Positions 1-11,374 are shown, numbered from the stretch's first letter. The stretch: 64,000 nucleotides of DNA from a bacterium (GCA_965202625.1 CBDBBI010000010.1:1216001-1280000), one strand, 5' to 3'. Numbers and translations are program-made. Notes: generated from the sequence alone by a model not told the origin.

Positions 1-486
1 TTTGAGGCGACGCTTGATGAGGTCTCGCTTCGTCTTATTTAGGTGATCCAGGATGAGCCTGCCGTCGAGATGGTCGATCTCGTGCTGAAGAGCAAAGGAG
101 AGAACCCCGCGCGCGTGGAGGAGCACCTCCTCGCCCTTCATGTTCATCCCCCGAACCCGCACCATCTCATGGCGGCGGATTTTCTCGCTCACGCCCGGCA
201 GCGACAGACAACCCTCCTCCACCATACGCTCACCCTCGGCGTTTTCGATTTCAGGGTTGAGGAACACGTGGACTTGCTCGGTGTCCTTTCCAATCGAGAC
301 GTCCACCACGATCATCCTGACGTTCTCCCCTACCTGGGGAGCGGCAAGACCAACGCCAGGCGCGTCATGCAGTGTGTCGAGCATTCCCCGCGCCAACCCC
401 TCTATCCGCGCCGTGATGGACTCGACACGACGACACCTCTGCCGAAGAGCGGGTGCAGGGTACTTGAGAATTTCCAACACGGCCAT
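1..486 (-). CDS. def: Peptide deformylase (3' end runs off the window)
   Basis: Not in the ORF track. My minus-strand translation from ATG 486 gives MAVLEILKYPAPALR...GVGLAAPQVG...EEGCLSLPG...QHEIDHLDG, the three PDF motifs. Confidence 0.95.
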   Translation of the reverse strand, partial: MAVLEILKYPAPALRQRCRRVESITARIEGLARGMLDTLHDAPGVGLAAPQVGENVRMIVVDVSIGKDTEQVHVFLNPEIENAEGERMVEEGCLSLPGVSEKIRRHEMVRVRGMNMKGEEVLLHARGVLSFALQHEIDHLDGRLILDHLNKTKRDLIKRRLK

Positions 487-768
487 AAAAGGTTCCTAAA
501 TGGGACAAATTTCAAACGCGCGCGTGGCACCGAACCGCCCGCCAAACGAATTTCCACCATTAACCCATCCGCCGTGCAGAAGCAAATTTGTGGAGAAAAT
601 CCTCCTTTTCAAAATAGGAGTTCGCCCCACCTCATCCTGAACGAGCTTCCCCGTTTTTCCTGAACCCAAAGCACAGATGGAGGAATGCGAAGAAAAGGAA
701 GGGCTAATGAGCTCGAGATATGTTTTCTCTCACAAAGGGAGTGTGCAACGAAAAAGCGACGAGGCCAA

Positions 769-1514
769 TCAATCCCTCATCGTCGTCTCGATGATTTCAA
801 CGATATCCTTGTTGTGAGAGGGGCTGAGCATTCCAAATATCTTTATCATTTCAACGATGACTCTATGGTTCTTGCTGTCAAATAAGAATTTCCCACGTTC
901 ATTTTTTTCAGAAAGCCTGCCGATTAAATCAGTCCTTGCCTGAATCTCAATTATTGGAACACAGAGATAGAGCATCGGTTGAACACCGACTGCTCTTTGC
1001 TTTTCTCTTATCGTAATCTCAATCGCATATTTACCATACCTATAGAGAAGCTGTGGATACTCTAATGTCAATCCAAAAAATTGTAGGTTGTTGATTCTTT
1101 TCTCAACAGGATGAGTTCTTTTTATTTCACAATCCTCGTGGTTCGATATCAAGTCCTCCTCCCTTAGATCAGACAGAAACTCGAAAATGCTCTTTAATTC
1201 GGTGTTGGTCACAAAACTCCACGAATGAAAATAATACAAATATTCTGACAGTTCATAGAACGCTTTCTTCTTGCCATTAGCCGCAACAAATAACTTCTCG
1301 GGTAAAGTAGTATCCTTGAATCCTTCATTTTTAATCTCTACATCATAACTAATCTGCCATTCCACATAATTATGTTGGGTAAAAGGCTTTTGTCTGACGG
1401 CATAAGGAACGCCATATTCGTAGAATGACCTTCTTGATTTAACTCTTATTTTCCTGTTGGTTTTGTAAGAGGAACATCTATAAGAATTCGTTCATTCTCC
1501 TCATCAACCAACAT
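769..1514 (-). pseudogene. PabI/HpyAXII-family restriction DNA glycosylase (HALFPIPE fold), frameshifted near 1450
   Basis: ATG 1514 gives MLVDEENERILIDVPLTKPTGK* and the shifted frame continues IRVKSRRSFYEYGVPYAVRQKPFTQHNYVEWQISYD. It also has EKQRAVGVQPMLY and FGMLSPSH, as in the PabI family. One extra A in the A4 run (plus-strand T 1449-1452) restores GKIRVK. Confidence 0.8.
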
Positions 1515-2661
1515 GATGTCCCCCTAACAAAGTCCGAAAGTACGCATCAATCCCATTTTCGACTTCCCCTTTCGGAGTATCTATCTTTCCGATGTACCGC
1601 TCCAAGAACGGATGACGTTCAACCGCATCCTTGAGAAAAGACATCCGATACCGCTTGAACAATTCATCGTCTATCATCACGTCGCAGTTGCCGAAATAAA
1701 AGGGCAGCCGATAGACGTTTCTCTTGAAAACGTCCACGTAGGCGTAGTAATCCAGCTTCTTCCTGTCTATCGCAATCGCGTTGGTGCTGCGATTTATGAG
1801 GAAAGTGCGGTTTCTTTTCAAGGCGTTGATATCCCTCATCGTCCAAAAAAACAGCAGGTCCGCATCCTGCACCGCAGGATTTTTCTTGCTGGGGTATTTG
1901 TCCACGTAGCGGGGAATATAATCGAAATCATCCAGGCGGAAACAAGCCTCACCCTTCGTCTTGAAGCGAAACGACCGGATGAGGTCATAACCCATGCCCC
2001 CAGTATATCTGCCATAAAGAGCGATCAGAATCGGAAAAGGCGTCGACTTTGAGGAATCGGAGAATTCACCGCTGCTGAGCAGAAGCCCATCAAGTAACCT
2101 GTAATTTGCGGTGAAATTTCCCAACAACTTAAAATTCGCTGGCTTGATGAGGTAGGAGAGGGGATGCAAGACGCAAACCCAATCCGCCTTGAGTTTGTCA
2201 TAGGAAAGCAGAAACGATAAACCCAAATCCCGGCGGAGAACATCCTCATCGACGACAAAAGGAACGTCTTTGATCTTGCGCCGAATCATGGACGTCTTGT
2301 CGTTATATGGGGGGTTTCCGACTAAAGCCAATTTGGATTTCTCAGGAATCTTGAATTTCGACCTGCGAACGTCGTGGAGCGCATTCGTCCGAAAGAATCG
2401 AGCCCGCCCATTGTTTTTTCTAGCAACCTCGATTGCCGCCTCGTCCAAGTCACATCCAATGACGGTCCGCTGGTCGGCGTTCCTAAGAAAATTGCCGTAT
2501 CCACACGCGCTGTCCATGACGATCGTGCCGGCATCTATATGGGGCTGGAGCATATTCCACGCTAAATCGACGCAATCAGGGGGAGTATAATAGCTCCCCA
2601 GATTCACCCTAGCCTTATATCCTAAATGTTTTTGATTCGTCGGGGCTTTCGGCATTCCCAT
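1504..2661 (-). CDS. N6-adenine DNA methyltransferase, partner of the PabI-family gene (GTAC specificity inferred)
   Basis: LGSYYTP, DSACGYGNFL (motif I) and GNPPY (motif IV). Its stop overlaps the start of the R gene. Start codon uncertain. Confidence 0.88.
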   Translation of the reverse strand: MGMPKAPTNQKHLGYKARVNLGSYYTPPDCVDLAWNMLQPHIDAGTIVMDSACGYGNFLRNADQRTVIGCDLDEAAIEVARKNNGRARFFRTNALHDVRRSKFKIPEKSKLALVGNPPYNDKTSMIRRKIKDVPFVVDEDVLRRDLGLSFLLSYDKLKADWVCVLHPLSYLIKPANFKLLGNFTANYRLLDGLLLSSGEFSDSSKSTPFPILIALYGRYTGGMGYDLIRSFRFKTKGEACFRLDDFDYIPRYVDKYPSKKNPAVQDADLLFFWTMRDINALKRNRTFLINRSTNAIAIDRKKLDYYAYVDVFKRNVYRLPFYFGNCDVMIDDELFKRYRMSFLKDAVERHPFLERYIGKIDTPKGEVENGIDAYFRTLLGGHHVG

Positions 2662-2750
2662 CAGATTCCCCGCGCGATTTCCCGAGAAAGACGCAAGGGA
2701 AAACACCATGTGATTCACCCCAGGGTCAAAAGAACGTTTGTTGGATCGCG

Positions 2751-3845
2751 TTATTTAGGGGTCGCCGCCCGGGGAGTCGCCTCCGCCTGTGAGGCCGTTT
2801 CGGGTCCGCTGATTCCGAGGGCACCACGCACCCGCCTTTCCATCTCGGCGAAAACGTCGGGATTTTCTCTCAAGAACCGCTTTACGTTCTCGCGTCCCTG
2901 GCCAATGCGCTCATCGCCGAAGGAATACCACGCCCCTGTCTTGGCAACCACGCCGTTCTCCACCCCTAAATCAAGCACGTCCCCTTCCTTCGAGACGCCG
3001 CGCCCGAACATGATGTCGAACTCCGCCGTGCGAAACGGGGGCGCGAGTTTGTTCTTCACCACGCGCACCCGCGTTCTGTTACCCACGTTGTTCTCGCCTT
3101 CCTTGATCGATGCGATCCGCCGTATGTCGAGGCGAACGGACGAATAGAATTTCAGCGCGTTTCCGCCGGAGGTGGTCTCCGGGTTTCCGAACATCACGCC
3201 GATTTTCATGCGAATCTGATTGATGAAGATGAAGCAGGTGTTGCTACGATGCACCACTCCGGTGAGTTTGCGAAGCGCCTGGCTCATGAGCCGCGCCTGA
3301 AGTCCCACGTGGTGATCCCCCATATCGCCTTCGAGTTCCGCCTTGGGCACTAGGGCGGCCACGGAGTCGATGACGACCACGTCAAGCGATCCGCTGCTAG
3401 TAAGTATCTCGGCTATCTCCAAGGCCTGCTCGCCCGTGTCGGGCTGGGAGACGATGAGGTTGTCCGTCTGCACGCCGAGGGCCTTGGCGTAGAGCGGATC
3501 GAGGGCGTGCTCCGCGTCCACGAAGGCGGCCATTCCCCCTTTACGCTGCACCTCGGCAATGATCTGAAGCGCGATGGTCGTCTTGCCCGAGGATTCAGGG
3601 CCGAATATCTCCACGATGCGCCCGCGCGGCACACCCCCGCAGCCGAGCGCGCCGTCGAGCGAGACAGCGCCCGTGGAGATCGCCGGTATCGGCTCCATTC
3701 CGGGGCCCTCGCCCAGACGCATGATGGAACCCTTGCCGAACTGGCGGTTGATCTGGTTGAAGGCCATGTCGAGTGCCTTGTCGCGGCGCTCGCGCTCTTT
3801 GGGGTACTCGGACTTCGAGGCGGGGGATCCGTTCTTGCGATTCAT
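2751..3845 (-). CDS. recA: Recombinase RecA
   Basis: GPESSGKTT Walker [41 protein letters not shown]. Confidence 0.99.
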   Translation of the reverse strand: MNRKNGSPASKSEYPKERERRDKALDMAFNQINRQFGKGSIMRLGEGPGMEPIPAISTGAVSLDGALGCGGVPRGRIVEIFGPESSGKTTIALQIIAEVQRKGGMAAFVDAEHALDPLYAKALGVQTDNLIVSQPDTGEQALEIAEILTSSGSLDVVVIDSVAALVPKAELEGDMGDHHVGLQARLMSQALRKLTGVVHRSNTCFIFINQIRMKIGVMFGNPETTSGGNALKFYSSVRLDIRRIASIKEGENNVGNRTRVRVVKNKLAPPFRTAEFDIMFGRGVSKEGDVLDLGVENGVVAKTGAWYSFGDERIGQGRENVKRFLRENPDVFAEMERRVRGALGISGPETASQAEATPRAATPK

Positions 3846-4211
3846 CAGAAGACTCCATTGGACAAAGGAACGCGCGCCAGTTCACAGATGACGGACATCA
3901 ACGGAATGTAGGGGATTCTTCCTCCCTCCACAACACGAAAGACGCCAAGGAAGCGCCCTCATTCCCCAAAGAATTTCGCGCGGTTCAGGCTCTCATCCCC
4001 ATGCTATCACTATCTCAAGAGGCGCGTGATTCATTTTCGCTAAAAATACGTGAAAAGCAAAGCAAGGACAAGTATAGAAAGCAAAAATTAGTGTAAAACC
4101 AGATTTTTTATGGGTGAAGAGAAATGACCGAACCTAATAGAATGAGTTCTCTATAAAGGAGATTCCCTTGATCCCGATTTCGCCCATTCGCCAGTCAATA
4201 TCGCATCCGCC

Positions 4212-4867
4212 TCATTCACTCTCCAGATTCTCCGACACCGACCAACCATAATAAAAATAAGCCCATCGACCATAAGACTCGCAAACCGGTGCCCTCAACA
4301 CAGCCTCACCCCCTCCAGGGCCGTGTCGCGCGCCTGCGGGGTTGAAATCGCTACGGAACAGAACGGCCTCGCGCGCGTGGGCAATGGGCGGGGGCGTCAG
4401 CCATCGGCGTTCGGCAACCTGTAGTTCTCCCTTGAGTCCCGCAGGCGGACGATCCGGAGAGCGGTGCCGCGCCAGCGTCAAATGCGAACGGAAGGGTCTA
4501 TCCTCGGAGGAGAATCCCGACTCGGTGAGATGACGCGAAAGACGCCTCTCCAAGGCGGTGAGAGGGGGCGGCGTTTTCGTCGGCCCCACCCAGAGCACGC
4601 CCGGGTGCTTAAGATGTGGAAAAACGCCGAAGCGATCGAGTGAGAGTCGAAGGCGACTATGCCTTCTCCAGCGCGACGAAGCGCGTTTGCAGAGTCCTCA
4701 ACCTGCGCTTCCTCGATATCGCCCAGAAAGCGCAGAGTGAGGTGAACCTTCCGAGAGCTGACCCACCGGAAACCACGCAAGGCCGGCATGTTGGCGAACG
4801 CGCCTTGAAGCGATTCGAGAATTTCGCGTTCCTCCCCACCAAACGGAATCGCCAGAAACGCGCGCAT
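4212..4867 (-). pseudogene. thpR: RNA 2',3'-cyclic phosphodiesterase (2H family), frameshifted near 4645
   Basis: MRAFLAI...HLTLRFLG in one frame and FGVFP...VLWVG...RPFRSHLTLAR in another, so the two HxT motifs are split. Usual position between cinA and recA. Confidence 0.85.
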
Positions 4868-5274
4868 GGAAAACCCTTTCATCTTTCACAGTCCCACAGT
4901 ATAGCTCCTTCCGGTCCTTGGGAGCCACCGGACGGTTCCCACTGCAGATCTCAGGCCTGGCAACGCGTCATTTCGTAACCACTAAATAGAACCAGCAAAA
5001 CGCCTTTGGGAAACAAACGTCCCATGCCAAACGTCTTTTCGGTTCCTGTGCTCCAGTTTTGGGCGATGACGAGCAAAAACCGAAGGCCGGACGATGCGTA
5101 CCAAGCGCATAGTTTCGATACCCATCAAAATCCGTCGGCATCCTCAGCTCTAAAGCACGCCCAATGCTGGACGTCATACCCTGCCTCCCTCCATGCCGTT
5201 CAACCGAAGACCTCCAGAACGTAGCACCGTCCGCCTCATGCGGGATACAACTATTCTCACGTCTTGAAATGCTC

Positions 5275-5805
5275 TCAAAGCGTGGAAGCGTCCCCCTCAT
5301 TTGGAGCCTCATCCCTCTCAGGCTCCATCAAAACCTCGCGCGCCAATTCGAGCGCGCTTTGCGCCGTTTGGGCCTTGACCTCCAGACGAGAGCCTTTGAA
5401 CAAGCGGCGCCGACAAACGGTGCCGTAAGGCAGAGCGACGGCCATGCACACCGTGCCTACTGGTTTCTCGGGGCTTCCGCCTGTCGGGCCGGCGATTCCG
5501 GTGACGGACAGACCGACCTCGCTGCCCGCTGCTACCCGGACTCCCTCCGCCATTGCGCGCGCACACGCCTCGCTCACTGCGCCCGGGCCGCCCTCGGGCG
5601 CCAAGATATCCCTGGACACTCCCAGAAGCGCCATTTTCGCCTCGTTGCTGTAAGTGATGAAGCCTCGCTCGAAATACGCCGAGCTGCCCGACACGTCCGT
5701 GATGCGGCTCGCTATCAGGCCGCCCGTGCAACTCTCCGCCGTGGCAATGCACCAGCATTTCTTGAGCAGGCGCGCACCGATCCATTCCTCTACAGATTTC
5801 GCCAT
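5275..5805 (-). CDS. cinA: CinA C-terminal domain protein / NMN deamidase (PncC-like)
   Basis: TAESCTGG, GSSAYF, YSNEAK, GAVSE, TGIAGPTGG. Confidence 0.92.
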   Translation of the reverse strand: MAKSVEEWIGARLLKKCWCIATAESCTGGLIASRITDVSGSSAYFERGFITYSNEAKMALLGVSRDILAPEGGPGAVSEACARAMAEGVRVAAGSEVGLSVTGIAGPTGGSPEKPVGTVCMAVALPYGTVCRRRLFKGSRLEVKAQTAQSALELAREVLMEPERDEAPNEGDASTL

Positions 5806-5824
5806 CCTCCCGCTCCCCATGAGA

Positions 5825-6289
5825 TCAAACGACACCGAAATATGACAAAGCGAATAGAAACGCCCGGCCGAGGAGCCCGGCACCGACGTCGTCCGCCACG
5901 ACACCCATTCCGCCGGGTAACCTCTCCAGGCGCCGAACTGGCACTATCTTGATGATGTCAAAAACACGAAAAAGGAGAAAGCCGGCCAGCAGGGCGCCCA
6001 GGCTCGGCGCGACGCCGATGAGGCAGACGAGCTGCCCCACCCATTCGTCCACGACGATCTCCGGGGGGTCTCGTTGACTTGTGAGGGTTTCATATTTTTC
6101 AGAACTCCACACGGCGAGAGGAACCAGGCACAGCAAGAACAAGAAAGGAATATAAGGGCTTATCCCATAGAGCAAGCAATGCAATGCGACGGCAAGGAGA
6201 GAAGCCACCGTGCCCGGAGCTCGTGGAAACCTCCCGAGTCCGCCTAGCGTGGCGACGAGACACAGCAGAGACTCGCTCCCATAACTCAT
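5825..6289 (-). CDS. pgpA: Phosphatidylglycerophosphatase A
   Basis: APGTVAS, DPPEIVVDEWVGQ, FRVFDIIK, GVVADD. Confidence 0.95.
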   Translation of the reverse strand: MSYGSESLLCLVATLGGLGRFPRAPGTVASLLAVALHCLLYGISPYIPFLFLLCLVPLAVWSSEKYETLTSQRDPPEIVVDEWVGQLVCLIGVAPSLGALLAGFLLFRVFDIIKIVPVRRLERLPGGMGVVADDVGAGLLGRAFLFALSYFGVV

Positions 6290-6292
6290 GAT

Positions 6293-7471
6293 TCATGGAT
6301 TTCGTTTGCTTGCGGTGGCTCCGTTCAGCCGAGCGGCGACGTACTCCCGCGCCCAGCGATCCGCCTCTAGAATCGTCCCCAGCGCGTCCGCCCCCCTGCC
6401 CTCATGCGCGTCGAGCGCAGCGCCCACCACTCCCGGAATGTCCATGAACTTCGACGCCCCAGACAAAAAAGAGGAGACGGCCACCTCGTTCGCCGCGTTG
6501 AGGACGGCGGGCGCAGTTCCCCCCGATCGCATCGCGCTTCTCGCATGGAGGAGGCAGGGAAACCGATCGAGGTCCGGCTCCTCGAACGTCAGGGAGCCGA
6601 CCTCCGCCAAATCAAGCCTCGGCGCGGCGATGGGCAGCCGCTCTGGAGACAAAATGGCCTGCGCGATCGGAATCCGCATGTCAGGCACGCTCATCTGCGC
6701 TACGAAACTCCCATCTACAAACTCCACCATGGCGTGCACGATGCTCTGTGGATGAACCAGCACGTCTATTTGCGCAAATCCCAGCCCGAAGAGCCACCGC
6801 GCCTCAATGATTTCAAATCCCTTGTTCATCATCGACGCGGAGTCAATCGCAATCTTAGGTCCCATCTTCCAGTTGGGGTGATGCAGCGCCTCTTGGGGAG
6901 AAACAACCCGCATCGCCTCCAGCGAATGATTCCAAAAAGGACCGCCTGAAGCCGTGAGCACGACTCGCTCCACCTGCGAGCGGGGTCTGTCCGCCAAAAT
7001 CTGGGCCAAGCCCGCGTGCTCGCTGTCCACCGGAAGAAGAGCGACGCCCTTCTCTCGCGCCCGGGAGGTGATAAACTCTCCCGCTATGACGAGCACTTCC
7101 TTGTTCGCCAGCGCGATGGAAGCACCCGCCTCAATGGCAGCCAGCGTTGGCGAAAGACCGGCGGCGCCCACCAGAGCGGAGACTACAACGTCCGCTCCGG
7201 CCCCGGCCGCCACCTCTCGCAGACCCTCATCTCCCGAAAGCGTCCTGACGCCGGAAGAGAGCGTCTCCCTGACGCGCGCGCCGCCCGCTTCATCCGCCAG
7301 GGATACGACTTGAGGCCGAAAACGCCTCGCCTGCTCCACGAGTCGCTTCCAATTTCTTCCGGCAGCGAGCGCCACTACCTCGAATCGTTCTGGGAATTGG
7401 GCGACGACGTCAAGGGCGTTCTCCCCAACGCTGCCCGTGGATCCTAATATGGCCACTTTTCGCCGCTTCAT
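6293..7471 (-). CDS. dxr: 1-deoxy-D-xylulose-5-phosphate reductoisomerase
   Basis: LGSTGSVG, LANKE, PVDSEH, TASGGPF, HPNWKMGPKI, NAANE. Confidence 0.98.
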   Translation of the reverse strand: MKRRKVAILGSTGSVGENALDVVAQFPERFEVVALAAGRNWKRLVEQARRFRPQVVSLADEAGGARVRETLSSGVRTLSGDEGLREVAAGAGADVVVSALVGAAGLSPTLAAIEAGASIALANKEVLVIAGEFITSRAREKGVALLPVDSEHAGLAQILADRPRSQVERVVLTASGGPFWNHSLEAMRVVSPQEALHHPNWKMGPKIAIDSASMMNKGFEIIEARWLFGLGFAQIDVLVHPQSIVHAMVEFVDGSFVAQMSVPDMRIPIAQAILSPERLPIAAPRLDLAEVGSLTFEEPDLDRFPCLLHARSAMRSGGTAPAVLNAANEVAVSSFLSGASKFMDIPGVVGAALDAHEGRGADALGTILEADRWAREYVAARLNGATASKRNP

Positions 7472-7500
7472 GTTTCGACCCACTCCGGATGAGCGATGAC

Positions 7501-8292
7501 TCAAGACCCTGACAAATATAGATAGTAGTAAAACGCAGGCCCCGCGACAAGCAAACCATCCACCCTGTCGAGTACCCCTCCGTGGCCGGGGATGATGGCG
7601 GATGCGTCTTTTTCTCTGGCCGCGCGCTTGAGTGCCGATTCAGCCAAATCTCCCACCAGCGCGAACAATCCGATAAATATCGACAAGGGAATCGCGCGCC
7701 ATGGGCCGACGCCGGGAACCTCCACGCAGAGCACCGCCACGACGCCGGCGAGTGCACCGGCGAGGATTCCCCCAATCGCGCCCTCCACCGTCTTCCCAGG
7801 GCTGATTGTCGGCGCCAACTTTCTTTTCCCCCACGCCTTGCCACTGAACATCGCCGCGATGTCGCTCGCCCAGACGACGACGAACAAAAAGAAAACGGCT
7901 TCCCTGCCGCCTAGAAAGGTCCTGATAAGCGCGATCAACCCGCCGGCGCCGCCCACCCATATCACACCGAGAAGGGAGATTCCGGCCAAGGAGACGCTCC
8001 CTCGAGACATCCCGTCCCGAAGCACCGTTATGAGAACGCGAAGCAAAACGACGGTCAGAACCAAAGTCGGCAGAACGCCGCCCACCCACACGGCGAGGGC
8101 GAAAGCGCAGGCGTCCAGGGCACCCCCCCATATCCTGACACGCCAGCCGGCGAGATGGAGAAGAGTTTGAAACTCCCAACCCGCGCGAAAGACGAGGGCG
8201 ACCACGACGCAGAGAAAAACGAGGGAGGGGGCGAAAAACAGAACGAGAAGAATAGGCGCGGCGAGCACCAAGGCGCTAAGGAAGCGCGTCAA
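7501..8292 (-). CDS. cdsA: Phosphatidate cytidylyltransferase
   Basis: Polytopic membrane protein with SPGKTVEG and GDLAESALKR...KD...IPGHGGVLDRVD. Confidence 0.96.
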   Translation of the reverse strand: MTRFLSALVLAAPILLVLFFAPSLVFLCVVVALVFRAGWEFQTLLHLAGWRVRIWGGALDACAFALAVWVGGVLPTLVLTVVLLRVLITVLRDGMSRGSVSLAGISLLGVIWVGGAGGLIALIRTFLGGREAVFFLFVVVWASDIAAMFSGKAWGKRKLAPTISPGKTVEGAIGGILAGALAGVVAVLCVEVPGVGPWRAIPLSIFIGLFALVGDLAESALKRAAREKDASAIIPGHGGVLDRVDGLLVAGPAFYYYLYLSGS

Positions 8293-8295
8293 AGC

Positions 8296-9048
8296 CTAGT
8301 TTCTCCGAGTCGTGAACTGCTCCTCGGTAAGACCAAATTTTCGCACTCGGGACTGATAGGAGAGAATGGCGTCCTCAAGTTCGCGCTCTCCGAACGCAGG
8401 CCATTTGATGTCCGTGAAATACAGCTCCGCATACGCGGCCTGCCAAAGAAGGTAGTTGGAAAGCCTCAGTTCACCGCTCGTCCGAATCAACAAGTCGAGC
8501 GTGGGCAGATCCGCAGTATACAGATGCCGCTCGACGTCGCTCTCCTCAATATCCTCGGGGTGAAGCGTTCCTCTCCGCACCTCCTCAGATATGGACCTCG
8601 CCGCGTCGGCGATCTCCTGGCGTGCGCCGTAGCTCAGCGCCAGAGTCAGAACCATTCCGTCCTGGCCCGAGGTACGCTCCTTGACACGCTGAATGATTCC
8701 CCGCGCGAATAAGGGGAGATCCCTATCGTGTCCGATGGTGTTGAAACGGATTCCCTCCCGAAGCATTCTCCCCAGCTCGCGTTCGAGATAATCCGCCAAA
8801 ATGCCCATGAGCGCGTCCACCTCGCCCTTCGGGCGGTTCCAGTTTTCCAAAGAGAAGCTATAGAGCGTGAGAGCCTCCACTCCGAGGCGGCGGGCGTGTG
8901 CCACCACCTTGTCGACCGACTTCACGCCCTCTCGGTGCCCAGCGATTCTGGGCAGAGAGCGTTCCTGTGCCCAGCGACCATTCCCGTCCATGATGACGCC
9001 GATGTGCCGGGGAAGACGCTCCGGATCGATGCGAGGCTCCGCGTCCAC
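8296..9048 (-). CDS. uppS: Undecaprenyl diphosphate synthase
   Basis: HIGVIMDGNGRWA, FSLENWNRP, RTSGELRLSNYLLWQ. Confidence 0.97.
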   Translation of the reverse strand: MDAEPRIDPERLPRHIGVIMDGNGRWAQERSLPRIAGHREGVKSVDKVVAHARRLGVEALTLYSFSLENWNRPKGEVDALMGILADYLERELGRMLREGIRFNTIGHDRDLPLFARGIIQRVKERTSGQDGMVLTLALSYGARQEIADAARSISEEVRRGTLHPEDIEESDVERHLYTADLPTLDLLIRTSGELRLSNYLLWQAAYAELYFTDIKWPAFGERELEDAILSYQSRVRKFGLTEEQFTTRRN

Positions 9049-9059
9049 TTTACTAACCC

Positions 9060-9614
9060 CTAAACCTCAAGTATCTCTTTCTCTTTCGCAGTGAACAATT
9101 CGTCCAGTTCGGAGACGAACTGGTCGGTCAGCCTTTGGACGTCTACCTGCCCTCTTCTAAGGTCATCCTCCGTAATCTCCTTTTTTTTCTCCAGGTTTTT
9201 CATCCCATCATTGCCGTCGCGCCGGATGTTGCGAAGCGCGACCTTGTGCTCTTCGGTCATCTTCTTGAGCAGCTTCACCATCTCTTTGCGGCGCTCCCCC
9301 GTGAGCGGCGGCACCGGCACGCGAATAATCTTGCCGTCATTCGTGGGATTCAGACCCAGCTCCGCCGATTGAATCGCCTTTTCAATGTCGCCCAAGGAAT
9401 TGGCGTCGAAAGGCTGCACAACGATGAGCTGGGATTCCGGCACGCTCAGGGTAGCGAGCCGGTTCAGAGGGGTGGGTGCTCCATAGTAATCAACCATCAC
9501 TCCGCTAACGAGGTGCGCAGACGCGCGCCCGGTGCGAAGGCGAGCAGTCTCAGTCTTGTATGACTCCAGTGTGGAGCGCATTCTTTCTCTCAACGCGTCG
9601 AGCATCTCATCCAT
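9060..9614 (-). CDS. frr: Ribosome recycling factor
   Basis: LRTGRAS, VDYYG, LGLNP, PPLTGERRKE, RNIRRD; 184 aa from ATG 9614. Confidence 0.97.
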   Translation of the reverse strand: MDEMLDALRERMRSTLESYKTETARLRTGRASAHLVSGVMVDYYGAPTPLNRLATLSVPESQLIVVQPFDANSLGDIEKAIQSAELGLNPTNDGKIIRVPVPPLTGERRKEMVKLLKKMTEEHKVALRNIRRDGNDGMKNLEKKKEITEDDLRRGQVDVQRLTDQFVSELDELFTAKEKEILEV

Positions 9615-9704
9615 CGTCCATCTCCTTTTTGGACACTCGAAACGAATGCTTCGTTCTCCTGCCCGCGCCACCGTATCTCGCGCCCGCTGCGCGACCCATG
9701 AGAT

Positions 9705-10433
9705 CTAGGCCCCGCTCACCAAAGTCCCGACCTGCTCGCCTTCCACGACGCGGCGGATGTTCCCGGGCTTGAGAAGGTTGAATACGATGATGGGTAAATT
9801 GTTGTCCATGCACAAGCTGACGGCGGTGACGTCCATGACGGCGAGCTGGCGATTGAGAACCTCGATATAGGTCAGCGCGTCGATGAACTCGGCCGTATCG
9901 TCCTGATTCGGATCGGCGGAGAAGACGCCGTCCACATCCGTGGCCTTGAGGATGCACTCAGCACCTACCTCAATGGCTCTGAGACTTGCGGTGGTGTCCG
10001 TCGTGAAGTAGGGATTTCCCGTGCCGCCGGCGAAAATGACCACCCGTTGTTTTTCCAGGTGACGGACCGCGCGCCTTCTGATGTAGGGCTCGCACAGCTC
10101 TGCCATGTGGATGGCGCTTTGGACGCGAGTGGCAAGGTTCGCTTTCTCGAGCGCGTGCTGAAGCGCCAAGGCATTGATGACCGTGCCGAGCATCCCCATG
10201 TAGTCGGCGTTGGTGCGCTCCATGCCGGCGGCGGCGGCAGCAGCACCCCGAAATATATTCCCGCCGCCCACGACAACCGCGATTTCAACCCCCATCCCGT
10301 GAATCTCGCTGATCTCCTGCGCGATATCGTCAACGACATTATGTTCGATGCCGTACCTGAGGTCCCCACCCAACGCCTCGCCAGAGAGCTTGAGCAAAAT
10401 CCTTTTGAAGCGTAGGGCACCGCTCATAAACAT
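9705..10433 (-). CDS. pyrH: UMP kinase
   Basis: [28 protein letters not shown]. Confidence 0.98.
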   Translation of the reverse strand: MFMSGALRFKRILLKLSGEALGGDLRYGIEHNVVDDIAQEISEIHGMGVEIAVVVGGGNIFRGAAAAAAGMERTNADYMGMLGTVINALALQHALEKANLATRVQSAIHMAELCEPYIRRRAVRHLEKQRVVIFAGGTGNPYFTTDTTASLRAIEVGAECILKATDVDGVFSADPNQDDTAEFIDALTYIEVLNRQLAVMDVTAVSLCMDNNLPIIVFNLLKPGNIRRVVEGEQVGTLVSGA

Positions 10434-10504
10434 CCCCAGAAATGGCGCGCCAACGACAACGGGGCGATACGGAACAAACGATCCGACAGAAAAAGGAACT
10501 TGTT

Positions 10505-11374
10505 TTACCCCTCACCCTCTGTAGAAAGCTCGCCGAGTTGAAAACGCGACCAAGAGGAAACACGGATTTCCTCGCCCACCTCCGCGCTCCTGTCTTTCAA
10601 ATACGTCTGAACCGTTCTGTCGGTGTCTTTGACGAAAGGCTGATGGAGCAGGCAAATCTCCTTTTTGTATTTGTTGATGCGCCCCTCGACTATTTTCTCC
10701 AGAATATGCACCGGCTTTCCCGAATCCTTCTGCTGGGCGAGAAGGATATCACGCTCGCTTTGAAGAACCACCTCCGGTATCTGATCCTCAGAAAGGAACT
10801 GGGGGCTGCTCGCCGCGATGTGCATCGCCAGATCGCGCGCGGTTTCCAAAAAAGCAAAACCACCCGCCCCCTCCGCCGTCTTACACCTCAAGCCAAGCAG
10901 GACGCCAACCCGTCCGCCGGGATGAACATAGGAAGCCACCTTTCCCGAATCGCTATCGTCCAGCGCAAGGCGCTCCCCTCGGGCGAGGACGATATTCTCC
11001 CCCAGTTTCGCGATCGCCTCCATCGTCGTCTCCCGGAGCGCCTCGGCGAGGCCATCTCCGCCGTGGTCCTTTACGTGACGCGCGACGGCATCAAGAAGAG
11101 ACTGAAAATCCTCGGTGCGGGCTACGAAATCGGTCTCGCAGTTCACCTCGACGATGGCACCCATACGTCCGTCCTCCCCTAGGGAGGCGTATACCTGTCC
11201 CTCGCTCGCAGCGCGTCCTGCCTTATTGGCAGCGCTAGAAAGCCCCTTTTCTCTCAAATAGCGCGACGCCCCCTCAAAGTCGCCGGCATTCTCCCTGAGA
11301 GCCTCCTTGCAATCCATGATGCCCGCCCCCGTGCGGGTTCTCAGTTCCTTCACCATCTGAGCCGTCACTTCCAT
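10505..11374 (-). CDS. tsf: Elongation factor Ts
   Basis: [32 protein letters not shown]. Confidence 0.98.
   Translation of the reverse strand: MEVTAQMVKELRTRTGAGIMDCKEALRENAGDFEGASRYLREKGLSSAANKAGRAASEGQVYASLGEDGRMGAIVEVNCETDFVARTEDFQSLLDAVARHVKDHGGDGLAEALRETTMEAIAKLGENIVLARGERLALDDSDSGKVASYVHPGGRVGVLLGLRCKTAEGAGGFAFLETARDLAMHIAASSPQFLSEDQIPEVVLQSERDILLAQQKDSGKPVHILEKIVEGRINKYKKEICLLHQPFVKDTDRTVQTYLKDRSAEVGEEIRVSSWSRFQLGELSTEGEG

Noticed and set aside
43-663. 206-aa plus-strand ORF
   Set aside because: Antisense shadow of def, which the ORF track missed because it runs off the window.
5085-5135. Hammerhead-like GAAAC-stem-GTC on the minus strand
   Set aside because: The core reads TTGATGG instead of CTGANGA, stem II is 1 bp, and stem I cannot form.
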